From: Bacillota bacterium
GTDB taxonomy: Bacteria > Bacillota > GCA-003054495 > Carboxydocellales > JAJZTU01
Direction of reading: 5' to 3'
Assembly: GCA_021848765.1 (NCBI GenBank)
Contig: JAJZTU010000001.1
Span: forward strand, 1 to 55,762
Length of the DNA stretch: 55,762 nucleotides
Made by a program: the position numbers and the translations under genes. Positions 41,466-50,309 of the stretch are shown here, in pieces (the stretch's first letter is position 1; each line of letters starts with the position of its first letter). The notes under the pieces were generated by a model. That model worked only from the letters and a program-made list of their open reading frames with translations, did no database searches and was not told the origin of the DNA.

Positions 41466-41559
41466 AATAAAAACACCCTCCATTGTGTTTCTCTCCAGTT
41501 CTTAAGTGAGAACGGCGGCTGGAGGACCGCCTTTCGCCCCGTCGAGCTATCTCACAAAA

Positions 41560-42777
41560 TTATTGGTTTCTTGTTTGCTCAGTTGGTTCTTTACCAGCTT
41601 CGATATAATTTAGAGGTTGAAGGTAAATATCACCGTTAGGAATCGGGTTCATATCCTCCAACTCCCGGATGTCATTAGCACTGAGCCATCCGTTTTGACG
41701 GCCAAAAGAATAACCTTCCATTCGGGTCCGGAAGTCACCCCGTAGAAGGCCATCAACGGTAAACTTGGCGAAGTATTTTTTGCGTTCTGTAGGGTTTAGT
41801 AGGTCTTTCGATATGGCTTGTTCAATCTTCACGAACCACGGGCGCATTGTGTACACCACAAATCCTATCGCTTGTTGTTCAATGTTAGAAAATGTGGCTC
41901 GCTCAAGATCCATTATCATGTGCGGCGGGACATTAAAAAACCTTGCAACTTCAATTACTTGAAACTTTCTGCTCTCTATAAATTGACTACTATCCGGGGG
42001 CGTGTCAATCTTATGGAACTTGAGTCCTTGCTCCAAAAAAATAATCCGGTTGCTGTTGGTCAGTCCGGAATGAGCCTCGTTGAATGTTTTTTTGTATCGC
42101 TCAAATGCCTCATCGCTTAACTGGCCAGGGTACTCTGCTATGCCACCGGCATTGGTACCCTGACTAAAGAACCGCGCCCCAAATTCTTCGGTGGCTATGG
42201 CTAAGCCGAATGCCTCCCTGGCCAAAACAACCGGCTCAAAACTGTTCACCCCATCCAAGTTCATGCCCTTAAGGTGCAGGACTTGACTGGCTTTAAGGAT
42301 ATACCCTTTACCGTCAGGGGCATGGATGAAGTATAACAACTCCTTTGTTTTTGGGTCTCTTTTTACGTCAACGCTGCCGCTTGGTATCGGCCATAATTCT
42401 GCAATTTGCCCGGCTCCATTCCTCACTATTTCAGCAAAACCACCCTTAGTTAGGAGCATGTTCACCATTAGCGTCTGCCGAAACTCAAAGCTGGTCATTT
42501 CCGGGTTTGCGATATCATGCAGGACTGGATACAGTGGATGCGCATAGGCTTTTTCTTTGCCCCGCTCAAGCCTTCGATACAGTGGGAGAGGTAAGCTGGC
42601 AATGGTTTCGCTTAACAGCTTAACGCAAGCGTAAACAGCCATTACCTGCAATGCCCGGTCAATGTTGACCTGGACTCCAGACTTTGATTTAGCGCCACCC
42701 AGAAGGTCGATAAGCCATTTTTCCGGGTTACTGAGGGCGCTGTTTTTAGTTTTAAACAAACTTGATACGATACCCAA
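41560..42777 (-). CDS. Portal protein, HK97 family
   Basis: 405 aa located between terL and the protease. It shows the family pattern (..VYACVKLLSETIASLPLPLYRR..HPLYPVLHD.ANPEMTS.EF). Confidence 0.9.
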   Translation of the reverse strand: MGIVSSLFKTKNSALSNPEKWLIDLLGGAKSKSGVQVNIDRALQVMAVYACVKLLSETIASLPLPLYRRLERGKEKAYAHPLYPVLHDIANPEMTSFEFRQTLMVNMLLTKGGFAEIVRNGAGQIAELWPIPSGSVDVKRDPKTKELLYFIHAPDGKGYILKASQVLHLKGMNLDGVNSFEPVVLAREAFGLAIATEEFGARFFSQGTNAGGIAEYPGQLSDEAFERYKKTFNEAHSGLTNSNRIIFLEQGLKFHKIDTPPDSSQFIESRKFQVIEVARFFNVPPHMIMDLERATFSNIEQQAIGFVVYTMRPWFVKIEQAISKDLLNPTERKKYFAKFTVDGLLRGDFRTRMEGYSFGRQNGWLSANDIRELEDMNPIPNGDIYLQPLNYIEAGKEPTEQTRNQ

Positions 42778-42787
42778 TATCCTTCAC

Positions 42788-42973
42788 CTACTTCCCGGAC
42801 TTGAATAGATTAGCCAGATATGGTGCCAAAGCCAGCAATAGCAGTAGACTACCTACAACAATCAATGAAGCTGGTCGGCTGATTAACCATGTGCCTGCCC
42901 CGATTAGCCCAATGCCCATAAAAACAAAAACGTCAGTTGGATCTGGTCTATAATTTTTCTTTTCTTCACGCAT
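42788..42973 (-). CDS. Small membrane protein
   Basis: 61 aa with two TM helices, located between terL and the portal gene. Confidence 0.5.
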   Translation of the reverse strand: MREEKKNYRPDPTDVFVFMGIGLIGAGTWLISRPASLIVVGSLLLLLALAPYLANLFKSGK

Positions 42974-42990
42974 ACGGTTGCTTTCACCAC

Positions 42991-44550
42991 CTAAAAAGTT
43001 CTCACGCCGCGCTCTTCATACACCGAAGGTCCAGTTGTTTCCATCCTCACAGCAATAGCCATGGCGTTTATCCAAGCTACCGTCAGGTCAATCCGGTCTT
43101 TGGACTTATTTTTCATTGGCTTAATATTTTCATTACCATCTACAGCAGTGACAACATTACCGAAGCACCACCTCGCCAGCGGGTTTTCCTCGTGGGTAAA
43201 CTGGCCAGACCGCAAAAGACGTTCAATCTCCTTCATGGCTGGTGACATGTTGGCCATATTCTGGCTAACTTCCAGAAATTCCACGTTCTCTTTTTGCAGT
43301 CTCTGGGTTAGCATCCGGCTATTCCATGGGTCCGTACCCCCATGTAGGAACTTGTATTGTTTGCTGAGGGTCAGGATTCTGGCTTCAACAAATTCATAGT
43401 CAACGACATTTCCCGGAGTGGCATGGAGAAAACTTTGTTTAACCCATCGGTCATAGGGAACGCCGTCACGTTGGATTCTTTCTTTCATGTTGTCCTCAGG
43501 AATCCAGCCCTCAATCAACACCCGCCAGTCCTCCAGGCCTTCCTGGGGTGGGAAAACTAAAGCAAGCCCGGTTAAGTCAACAGTGCTGGACAAATCCAGT
43601 CCTGGATAGCATTTTTTACCGACAAGGTCTGCTTTTGACCATTTCCCGACTGTAGAGTCCCACAGCGTTAGTGGTAGCCAACCAATGCGTTTGACCGATA
43701 TCCACTGGTTAAGTCTGAGCCAACGGAAAAGCCGCTCCTCGGCCTCATTATTTCTGGCTCCAATTGCGGCTTGTCGTACTTTTTCGATTGGAATTGTATG
43801 TCCCAAGGATGGGTTTGCTTTATGCCAATTTTCTTCATCCCACGGGTCCGCATCTTCGGGTAGTCCGTAAATCCGGCAGTACCAGCGCGGGTCGACAATC
43901 TCCCCAGAAACAATCTTCTGGGCCTTCTCATGTATCTCCCAACCAATTGAATTACGGTCCGGATCGTCGCCGGCTGTGGTTATTACCCACCAAATAGGCT
44001 GACGTCTTGCATCGCCCGCGCCAAAGGTCATTATGTCCCACAACTGACGATTGGGCTGAGCGTGAAGTTCATCGAATATGACCGCAGAAGGCTTATAACC
44101 ATGTTTCGAGTATGCCTCAGCCGAAAGCACCTGATAGAATGTCTTTGTTTTGGTATCCTCAAGGCGTTTTTTGCTAGCCGTATATTTGCAGCGCTTTTTA
44201 AGCGGTGGGCATTGTTCAATCATTTCAACTGCAACGTCAAAGGCAATCGATGCCTGCGATCGCTCGGCTGCACAGCCGTAAACCTCTCCGCGAATCTCGC
44301 CATCGCAGAACGTATGATATACCCCTGCGGCTGCGGCTAGCTCAGTTTTCCCGTTCTTTTTGGGAACCTCCAGGTAGACGAATTGATACTGCCTGCTTCT
44401 TTCGTTCGTTAGGGTTCCGTAGACATCGGAGATTATTCCATGCTGCCACGGCAAAAGGTTAAATGGTTTGCCGTACCACTCGCCATCGGTATGTTTTAGG
44501 CACTCGATGAAGCTCGTTGCCAGTAGAGCGCTTTCATTATCAAAAGGCAT
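42991..44550 (-). CDS. terL: Terminase large subunit
   Basis: 519 aa, Terminase_1 type, with Walker A-like EVPKKNGKT. Confidence 0.92.
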   Translation of the reverse strand: MPFDNESALLATSFIECLKHTDGEWYGKPFNLLPWQHGIISDVYGTLTNERSRQYQFVYLEVPKKNGKTELAAAAGVYHTFCDGEIRGEVYGCAAERSQASIAFDVAVEMIEQCPPLKKRCKYTASKKRLEDTKTKTFYQVLSAEAYSKHGYKPSAVIFDELHAQPNRQLWDIMTFGAGDARRQPIWWVITTAGDDPDRNSIGWEIHEKAQKIVSGEIVDPRWYCRIYGLPEDADPWDEENWHKANPSLGHTIPIEKVRQAAIGARNNEAEERLFRWLRLNQWISVKRIGWLPLTLWDSTVGKWSKADLVGKKCYPGLDLSSTVDLTGLALVFPPQEGLEDWRVLIEGWIPEDNMKERIQRDGVPYDRWVKQSFLHATPGNVVDYEFVEARILTLSKQYKFLHGGTDPWNSRMLTQRLQKENVEFLEVSQNMANMSPAMKEIERLLRSGQFTHEENPLARWCFGNVVTAVDGNENIKPMKNKSKDRIDLTVAWINAMAIAVRMETTGPSVYEERGVRTF

Positions 44551-45110
44551 CAGGGACCACCGCCCCTCCTGCTAAGAAGTGCGGACATTGGGTCTCCATC
44601 CTCTTCTTCAGGAGGTTTCTTTGGAATGGATCTTAGAGCTGACTGGATGGTCATGATGTTCTCTTTCTCGATGTCCAGCATCATCTTCCGCTTATCCATG
44701 ATCTTTTTATCCAGAGCCAAAAACCGGTTATGGATGCGGTCCTTTTTATCCAGATAAGTCATGAAGTCCATCTCGCCATTCCGGTGGGCTTCGTACAGTT
44801 CCTGCAGTTCATCGTTGCAGTTACTTTTCAGGGCTTCAAACTTCTTGCATTCACTGTGTAGCAAGCAATACCTGTTGATAACTCCTTCATGGAGCGCATC
44901 ATCCTTATTGATAGCTTTTAGAACTTTCTTTATCCGGACAAACTCTTTATGCGCAATCTCGTCAGCTTTAACGTCCGGCCACTCCTTCAGTGAGATGCCG
45001 GTCAGTAGACTATTCTCAGCTTTTTCCCTTTGTTTGATTTCAGCTTTGGTTAGATGGCGTTTGTTGCCTTCCAACATAATTAAAGATATCGGTTTAGGTC
45101 TTGCAGGCAA
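44550..45110 (-). CDS. terS: Terminase small subunit (P27 family)
   Basis: 186 aa beginning PARPKP...LEGNKRHLTKAEIKQRE. It overlaps the terL start by 1 nt. Confidence 0.8.
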   Translation of the reverse strand: MPARPKPISLIMLEGNKRHLTKAEIKQREKAENSLLTGISLKEWPDVKADEIAHKEFVRIKKVLKAINKDDALHEGVINRYCLLHSECKKFEALKSNCNDELQELYEAHRNGEMDFMTYLDKKDRIHNRFLALDKKIMDKRKMMLDIEKENIMTIQSALRSIPKKPPEEEDGDPMSALLSRRGGGP

Positions 45111-45281
45111 TCAAATCACCACCTTCCTTGAATTCTTCGTATTGGTTTTTAGTGTTATCGCCATAACCGTATGCATTATGGAATCTGGAAAGTTGATGCA
45201 CGAATAAAATTAGCGCGAAGGTTGCTGTTGGTCTCGGTAGGAAAGGTTGGAAGGAATTGGATGCCCCCCTCCCCCACCTTT

Positions 45282-45301
45282 CGACATTTTCCGACATTTT
45301 C
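45282..45301. repeat. Exact tandem decamer CGACATTTTC x2 in the terS upstream region
   Basis: The two copies are at 45282-45291 and 45292-45301, next to a C-rich tract gcccccctccccc. Confidence 0.9.
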
Positions 45302-45375
45302 CATCTATGCACCTACTGCCGCACTTCATTACCGTTATCGATTGTGTATCGCTTCATCTTTCATAACCTCCACTG

Positions 45376-45939
45376 CTAGGCGATATGTTTCCATGTATTT
45401 CCTAACTTCAAATCGCTAATACACTTGGGACTGACACCATACTTTCTTGCTATTTCGGTTTGTTTGACTCCCTCTGCCAAAAGAGCTTTGATAGTCTTTA
45501 CTTTCGTCTCGTTGAGTAATGCTTTGGGCGAATGCTCGCCCTTTAGGTTTAACCCCAATGCCACGCTGTGATCTATGTTTCCTTGCCTATCACACCATTC
45601 TAAATTAGATGCGGCATTGTCGTATTTATCAGCGTTTATATGATTGACCTCTTTGTGGTTCTCGGGGTTGGGTATGAAATGGTGAGCTACAAGTCGATGA
45701 ATATAAAATCTTTTTCCTCTGCCTAATTGAACAGAAAGATAGCCTTTCCCGTTATCGTTCGGGCTTAAAATTCTGCCCTTTTTTATCCTGGAAACAAAAT
45801 GACCGCCTTGCTTATGTTTGCAAGTTCGGTCACGACTTTTTACCCTACCTAAATTACTTACTTGATAATGTGGATGACCAACGATATCTACCCACACCTC
45901 TTCGATATGCTTATTTTTTAGCAACGCCAAAACCTCCAT
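45376..45939 (-). CDS. HNH homing endonuclease (NUMOD4 + HNH_3 + C-terminal HTH)
   Basis: NUMOD4 motif is W..IVGHPHYQVSNLGRVKS and the HNH_3 core is RLVAHHFIPNP...VNHINADKYDNAASNLEW. Confidence 0.85.
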   Translation of the reverse strand: MEVLALLKNKHIEEVWVDIVGHPHYQVSNLGRVKSRDRTCKHKQGGHFVSRIKKGRILSPNDNGKGYLSVQLGRGKRFYIHRLVAHHFIPNPENHKEVNHINADKYDNAASNLEWCDRQGNIDHSVALGLNLKGEHSPKALLNETKVKTIKALLAEGVKQTEIARKYGVSPKCISDLKLGNTWKHIA

Positions 45940-46279
45940 CTTCTCTCACGGTCTTTCTGCTATGGCAGCTTTTGCATAAACTTTGATGGTTGTTCGGGTC
46001 CCAAAATAATTTATGGTCACCTTTGTGGGAAATTTTATGATCTACCTCTGTAGCCGGTACAACCTTGTCCACCTTCAGGCACTCCGCACACAGTGGATGC
46101 TGCCTCAAATAGTGTTCTCTGTAACGCCTCCAACGCGAACCATAACCCCTTTCATGGGCCGTCCCTCTCTCTTGCTCATACCTCCTGGCTTCTTGCTTAG
46201 CGTGCTGTTCGCAATATCGACTTTGCGTGAGGTTGGGGCACCCCGGTTTGTTACAAGGCCTTAACGGCTTTTGGGGCAA
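45911..46279 (-). CDS. Terminase-associated HNH endonuclease
   Basis: C..PGC....YC..H, then EVDHKISHKG......NHQSLCKSCHSRKT. Confidence 0.85.
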   Translation of the reverse strand: MPQKPLRPCNKPGCPNLTQSRYCEQHAKQEARRYEQERGTAHERGYGSRWRRYREHYLRQHPLCAECLKVDKVVPATEVDHKISHKGDHKLFWDPNNHQSLCKSCHSRKTVREDGGFGVAKK

Positions 46280-47225
46280 TTACATCAACTCCATAATGTA
46301 CACCATTCCACCATGAGTGTTTTCTTCTATTTTCTGTTGCCCATAGTGGCTGTAGGTTTGTGTAATGGAAGCACTCTCTTTGTTGTCGCGGATCGGTTAA
46401 ATCAAATGATGCACACGGCCTAATATGATCTACCTGCCATCCGTTAGACTTGCCGTAATTTTCCCAAGTCATCCCATCTGTAAATAGTGCCTCGAGGTGC
46501 GTTCTCAGTTCGGCTCTAGTGCAACCTATTAACTTAAGCGTTGGTGCGCTTTTCTTGCGACCCAGTAAAATGTGTATAATTCTCGAACGAATGTTTCTGA
46601 TTATTTTTCTATTTGTCGTATCTTTACTTCTTTGCGCTTCTATAGCACATTTTGGGCATCTACTTCCTTGAACAAACACATTCGGCTTTGTCATGTATTC
46701 ATTCCCGCATCTATTATGCTTGATAAGTATTTTCTTGTTAGCATTTATATACTCACCTAAAACAGTGTACTCTCCACCAGTAGTATCATTGACATGCTTC
46801 ATAAATTCCTCTGTTGTCTTAGCAAATTTTGCCCTCAATCTTGCGGGTTGGCAAAACCTGCATCCTCCATTTTGGAGTAGCGATGAAGCCGTAATTTCAT
46901 ACTCTGCGCCACATAAATTATGCCTTACTTTTATTTTGTTACGATCGAGAGTGTACCTACTTAATAGCGAAAACTCGTTGCCGTATTTATTAAATATTTG
47001 CTCATTGAATTGTTCGTGTGATTTAGTCCTTCCCTTGCCGAAACATCCCTTGCATGCCCCGTTAAAAAGCAATTTAACCGGCAATCTTTTTGATGTTAGG
47101 CCGCATTCATTGCACTTTACTAAAACATTATATTTAGCACCTACATACTCACTTAATAAGCTATATTTAGCTCCATATTTTTCTTTAAGAATTTTTTCAA
47201 ACTCTGCATGAGTATATTTAGTCAC
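46251..47225 (-). CDS. Endonuclease with three Zn-ribbon repeats and a C-terminal His-Me finger
   Basis: Three modules fit (Y.LLSEY....v.vKC..CG...C..C). The C-terminus is WQVDHIRPCASF......HYTNLQPLWATENRRK. Confidence 0.7.
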   Translation of the reverse strand: MTKYTHAEFEKILKEKYGAKYSLLSEYVGAKYNVLVKCNECGLTSKRLPVKLLFNGACKGCFGKGRTKSHEQFNEQIFNKYGNEFSLLSRYTLDRNKIKVRHNLCGAEYEITASSLLQNGGCRFCQPARLRAKFAKTTEEFMKHVNDTTGGEYTVLGEYINANKKILIKHNRCGNEYMTKPNVFVQGSRCPKCAIEAQRSKDTTNRKIIRNIRSRIIHILLGRKKSAPTLKLIGCTRAELRTHLEALFTDGMTWENYGKSNGWQVDHIRPCASFDLTDPRQQRECFHYTNLQPLWATENRRKHSWWNGVHYGVDVIAPKAVKAL

Positions 47226-47359
47226 GGTACAACCACCCTCTTATTAGGAATCGGACTTAGCAGCTTTGCTTGACACTCCCCACACTCTTCCTCATCCTCA
47301 TCGAAGTCCGTCTGAAAGAACTCTTTCCCGCATCGAATACACTTTCGTATCCATCCCAC
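47222..47359 (-). CDS. Zn-ribbon mini-protein (45 aa)
   Basis: GTG start. It has CIRCG...CGEC, and its TGA overlaps the downstream GTG. Confidence 0.35.
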   Translation of the reverse strand: MGWIRKCIRCGKEFFQTDFDEDEEECGECQAKLLSPIPNKRVVVP

Positions 47360-47363
47360 AGCC

Positions 47364-47513
47364 TCACCCCTGGTTCAGCTTCTCCGCCAACTCCTGCACC
47401 GCCTCAGCTATGTTCAATGCTATTACCCCAGGAGGCAGTCCAATACAAGCTCGCGCGACAACCTCGGGTATCTCCAGCATACACTCCGACACTTCCTTTG
47501 GGTCAACGTTCAT
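47364..47513 (-). CDS. Hypothetical mini-protein (49 aa)
   Basis: Its ATG overlaps the upstream TGA (ATGA). Confidence 0.35.
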   Translation of the reverse strand: MNVDPKEVSECMLEIPEVVARACIGLPPGVIALNIAEAVQELAEKLNQG

Positions 47514-47752
47514 GCCGTATTCACCCTCCCCATCACGCTCTCACTGGCCACTATCGTCAATCCCCGCTCCCCTGCCGCAATATACTGCGCATCAGTACAG
47601 GGCTGCACCAGCAACACGCCCTTGACTGCTCCCCAGCTAAAGGCTATATTCCTTGCCGCAACAGCATCCGGCGCCATCAGGTAGCGGCGTTCTTCTCTCG
47701 ACTTCCCCCGGCCCATATGACCGAGTGCTATAAGAACTTCCCACGCTTGCAT
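47510..47752 (-). CDS. Hypothetical protein (80 aa)
   Basis: An ORF with an ATG 8 nt after GGGTGAGGTG. Confidence 0.5.
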   Translation of the reverse strand: MQAWEVLIALGHMGRGKSREERRYLMAPDAVAARNIAFSWGAVKGVLLVQPCTDAQYIAAGERGLTIVASESVMGRVNTA

Positions 47753-47817
47753 TCACCTCACCCTTTCGGATTCTGGGCAAATAAAGAAGGCAGCCGATTG
47801 ACTACCTTCCTAATGCT

Positions 47818-47985
47818 TTATCCCAACTTCTTCTCTAACCAATCTACTAATTTATCGAGTCGCAATTCTTTTACAATCAGGAGGATAAGCTCATTAACTT
47901 TCTGGCCACTTTCCTGCCGTAATCCCCAGTAAGTTTTGCTTTCCGCCTTTGCCAGCTCCTCATCGGTCAATAGGTTATCTTCCAT
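47818..47985 (-). CDS. Hypothetical mini-protein (55 aa)
   Basis: ATG follows GCGGAGGAAAGC. Below the ORF-track cutoff. Confidence 0.45.
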   Translation of the reverse strand: MEDNLLTDEELAKAESKTYWGLRQESGQKVNELILLIVKELRLDKLVDWLEKKLG

Positions 47986-48076
47986 ATGCTTTCCTCCGCA
48001 TTAACGGCAATCCATGTGCCTTGCGCCAGTTGTTATTAGTTACAACCTGCATCAGTATTTTTCTGCCTTCTGGTGT

Positions 48077-48235
48077 TTAGAGTAATCCCAACTTTATTTC
48101 ATGCCATTGTTTTTCCATAGCCATTTTCACCCTATTAAAGGCTCTAGCGTACTTTGCCATTACTTTTTTCACTGTTTCAATTGCCTTCTTATGAGCTTCA
48201 ATAGTTTCAGGTGTTAGACTAATTATATTTTCCAC
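48077..48235 (-). CDS. Hypothetical mini-protein (52 aa)
   Basis: GTG lies 7 nt after GAGGTG. Confidence 0.4.
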   Translation of the reverse strand: MENIISLTPETIEAHKKAIETVKKVMAKYARAFNRVKMAMEKQWHEIKLGLL

Positions 48236-48307
48236 TGTTTTCACCTCGAGTCACTCAAATAATGACCACTGGAGGAATCCCTCTCGCACGTACCCACTAT
48301 TTATATT

Positions 48308-48841
48308 TTACTTCATCTTTTCCTGCTCGTGGTGCAATTTTACTGCAATTTTACTGCAATTTTTGAAATAACCCAAAGTTTTCGCCATTTCTATGAGTGC
48401 CTGCTTCTTCCAATAGTTCAGCGTCCTCTCGGATATGTACAAAGGCTGTTTGTGCCGGTTCCTGAAATTCCTCGGCAGAAATATGTCCGTGATATGCCAA
48501 TCACTGGCTCCGTCAATGAATTTCTTCTCCGCTACTGCCCGGAGCAGAGGCGGTAACGCATGAATGGCCGCATCTAGCAACCTGATTTCCCATCTATACT
48601 CTTGCAGCTCATATTCCATGGCTTCAGGCAGGTTCCCGGCCCCACTTCCCGAAATCAACCTGTCACCATAGGACGCTATTAGCCTCGGGCTTGGTGATGT
48701 GCTTTTTTCGATAGCTACTTCGATAGTGATGATGTTAGCCTGTAGTTCCCGGTATCGACCCAAACGCTTGATTAGATCCTTGCACCAAGGTTCATCGTAG
48801 ATACTCCGCTTTTTTGCTACATACTCCGCCCTCTGCTCCAC
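48308..48841 (-). CDS. ArpU/sigma-like late transcriptional regulator
   Basis: 177 aa upstream of the packaging genes. The C-terminal region-4-like HTH is LPPLLRAVAEKKFIDG....YISERTLNYWKKQALIEMAKTLG. Confidence 0.45.
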   Translation of the reverse strand: MEQRAEYVAKKRSIYDEPWCKDLIKRLGRYRELQANIITIEVAIEKSTSPSPRLIASYGDRLISGSGAGNLPEAMEYELQEYRWEIRLLDAAIHALPPLLRAVAEKKFIDGASDWHITDIFLPRNFRNRHKQPLYISERTLNYWKKQALIEMAKTLGYFKNCSKIAVKLHHEQEKMK

Positions 48842-49061
48842 CTGCTCACCTCCTAGATTTATTTTATCCAGGTTGTTTTCCCGCTTTCCACCTCTTTGTC
48901 ATAGTCATACAGCGACATTTTTATTACCGCCACAGCAAACCACAACCAACCCACCCGCCACATTATGCGACTATTAAACTTCCATGGCTTTTTCTGAGCA
49001 GGTTTCCCAAATTCAAGCACAAGGCAAAAATCCTTCACGCCAACCCCGCCTTTCTACTCCT

Positions 49062-49232
49062 TTATAGCACTTCTCGCACCTTAATGTACTCCCTCAGCGC
49101 AATACACCTCTCACAGTCGCTCTGCCGCCCGCTCATCGCCATAACTGCCATGATCGCTGCCCCAAGCGCAAAGCTGCAAAACGCTACTGCCCAGAGCATC
49201 AGAAACAGGTTGTTCGCGATAAACTCAGCCAC
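49062..49232 (-). CDS. Small membrane protein (56 aa)
   Basis: GTG at 49232 lies 7 nt after GGAGG. The hydrophobic core is NNLFLMLWAVAFCSFALGAAIMAVMAM. Confidence 0.4.
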   Translation of the reverse strand: MAEFIANNLFLMLWAVAFCSFALGAAIMAVMAMSGRQSDCERCIALREYIKVREVL

Positions 49233-49234
49233 AC

Positions 49235-49522
49235 TTAGCCCTCCTTCCCCCTGTTCGCAATCTGCCGGCAGCCAACATGCACCTCCCGAAGTATCCTGTA
49301 TATAGCCCACATTCTGTCCTTAAGTGCGGCCGCATCAGATTTACTTAAGGCTTTATCCTTCCGGACCTCAAAATGGATTTCCGAAAAGCGTTCGGCAAGT
49401 GCTAAAGACCTCTGCATCAGGTCAAATGCTACCGCCTGGTCTACGTCAGTCAAGGTTTCATATGTTCCAAGGATGGTTAAATACTGATCGACTTCAGTCT
49501 GGTAGTTTTGGTAGTCTGCCAT
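49235..49522 (-). CDS. Hypothetical protein (95 aa)
   Basis: ATG follows AGAGGTGATGGAGA. Confidence 0.55.
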   Translation of the reverse strand: MADYQNYQTEVDQYLTILGTYETLTDVDQAVAFDLMQRSLALAERFSEIHFEVRKDKALSKSDAAALKDRMWAIYRILREVHVGCRQIANRGKEG

Positions 49523-49543
49523 TCTCCATCACCTCTTTCGGTG

Positions 49544-50065
49544 TTACGTATATTTCCACTCGTATCCTTTGTGTGTCTTGGTTCTTCCTGTTAGGCAGTT
49601 TCTAATGGCAGAGGAATTAAACCCATTCTTCCCAGCATCTACTGACGACTTAAACCGAATTGTTATGCCCCCACTCTGTCCTATAATTGGTTTACAACAT
49701 TTCTCTGCTGTCCTCAAATGCGCTCCGTTATGTGTGCAATTTTCTTGCGGAGTTGTCCAGTATAGGTTTTCTACTGTGTTATTTAGTCTATTGTCATCCC
49801 AATGCCCTACGAACGGCAGATTATCGGGGTTTGGAATAAACGCCAATGCAACCAATCTGTTAATCCTGAATTGTTTCACCGCTCCATCTTTGGATAAGCC
49901 AACAAACAGGTACCCTCCCCTTGTTTGGTTTTGCTTTAAGATTCCACCCTTTAGTTTTGCCATAGATCTTCCGTTCCATCTTTTACCATCTAACCTTCTC
50001 ACGCGGCCTATCGAGCATACTTCGTATAATCCCTCATATCCGGGAACATCTTTCCATATCTCCAT
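49544..50065 (-). CDS. HNH homing endonuclease (NUMOD4 + HNH_3)
   Basis: WKDVPGYEGLYEVCSIGRVR, then NRLVALAFIPNP...VGHWDDNRLNNTVENLYW. Confidence 0.85.
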   Translation of the reverse strand: MEIWKDVPGYEGLYEVCSIGRVRRLDGKRWNGRSMAKLKGGILKQNQTRGGYLFVGLSKDGAVKQFRINRLVALAFIPNPDNLPFVGHWDDNRLNNTVENLYWTTPQENCTHNGAHLRTAEKCCKPIIGQSGGITIRFKSSVDAGKNGFNSSAIRNCLTGRTKTHKGYEWKYT

Positions 50066-50147
50066 TATTTCGGTTCTCCTTTTGTTGTCTTTTCGCCCAC
50101 TCTTCCCAGTGTTTGCGCCACTTCCTATGGCTGTGTGCGTTGAGGTG

Positions 50148-50309
50148 TCAGTTCATGCACAAGAGGACCAGATTATCTTCATCGTGTTTCCCACCTTGCG
50201 AGCGAAATATAATATGGTGCAGCTCTGTTCCCGGCTTTGCGCATCCCTGGCAGCATTGGTCGCGGTCAAATACTCTTTGTCTGGTTTTCTTCGGTATTTG
50301 TGATGCCAT
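50148..50309 (-). CDS. HNH endonuclease interrupted by an in-frame TGA (truncated form; readthrough form would end at 50034)
   Basis: The sequence reads CCQGC...ELHHIIFRSQGG....NLVLLCMN-TGA-HLNAHSH. The stop sits where the second Cys of the CxxCH motif is expected. Confidence 0.6.
   Translation of the reverse strand: MASQIPKKTRQRVFDRDQCCQGCAKPGTELHHIIFRSQGGKHDEDNLVLLCMN

Noticed and set aside
45094-45312. 72-aa minus-strand ORF in the terS upstream gap.
   Set aside because: It has no RBS, overlaps the terS start, spans the tandem decamers and the C-rich tract, and its sequence is not protein-like.
50148-50150. Genome-wide TGA recoding (genetic code 4 or 25), or a clear selenocysteine insertion.
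   Set aside because: TGA terminates many well-delimited genes here, for example at 50309, 20880 and 12334. Only weak 4-6 bp stems follow this TGA, so no SECIS can be claimed from sequence alone.
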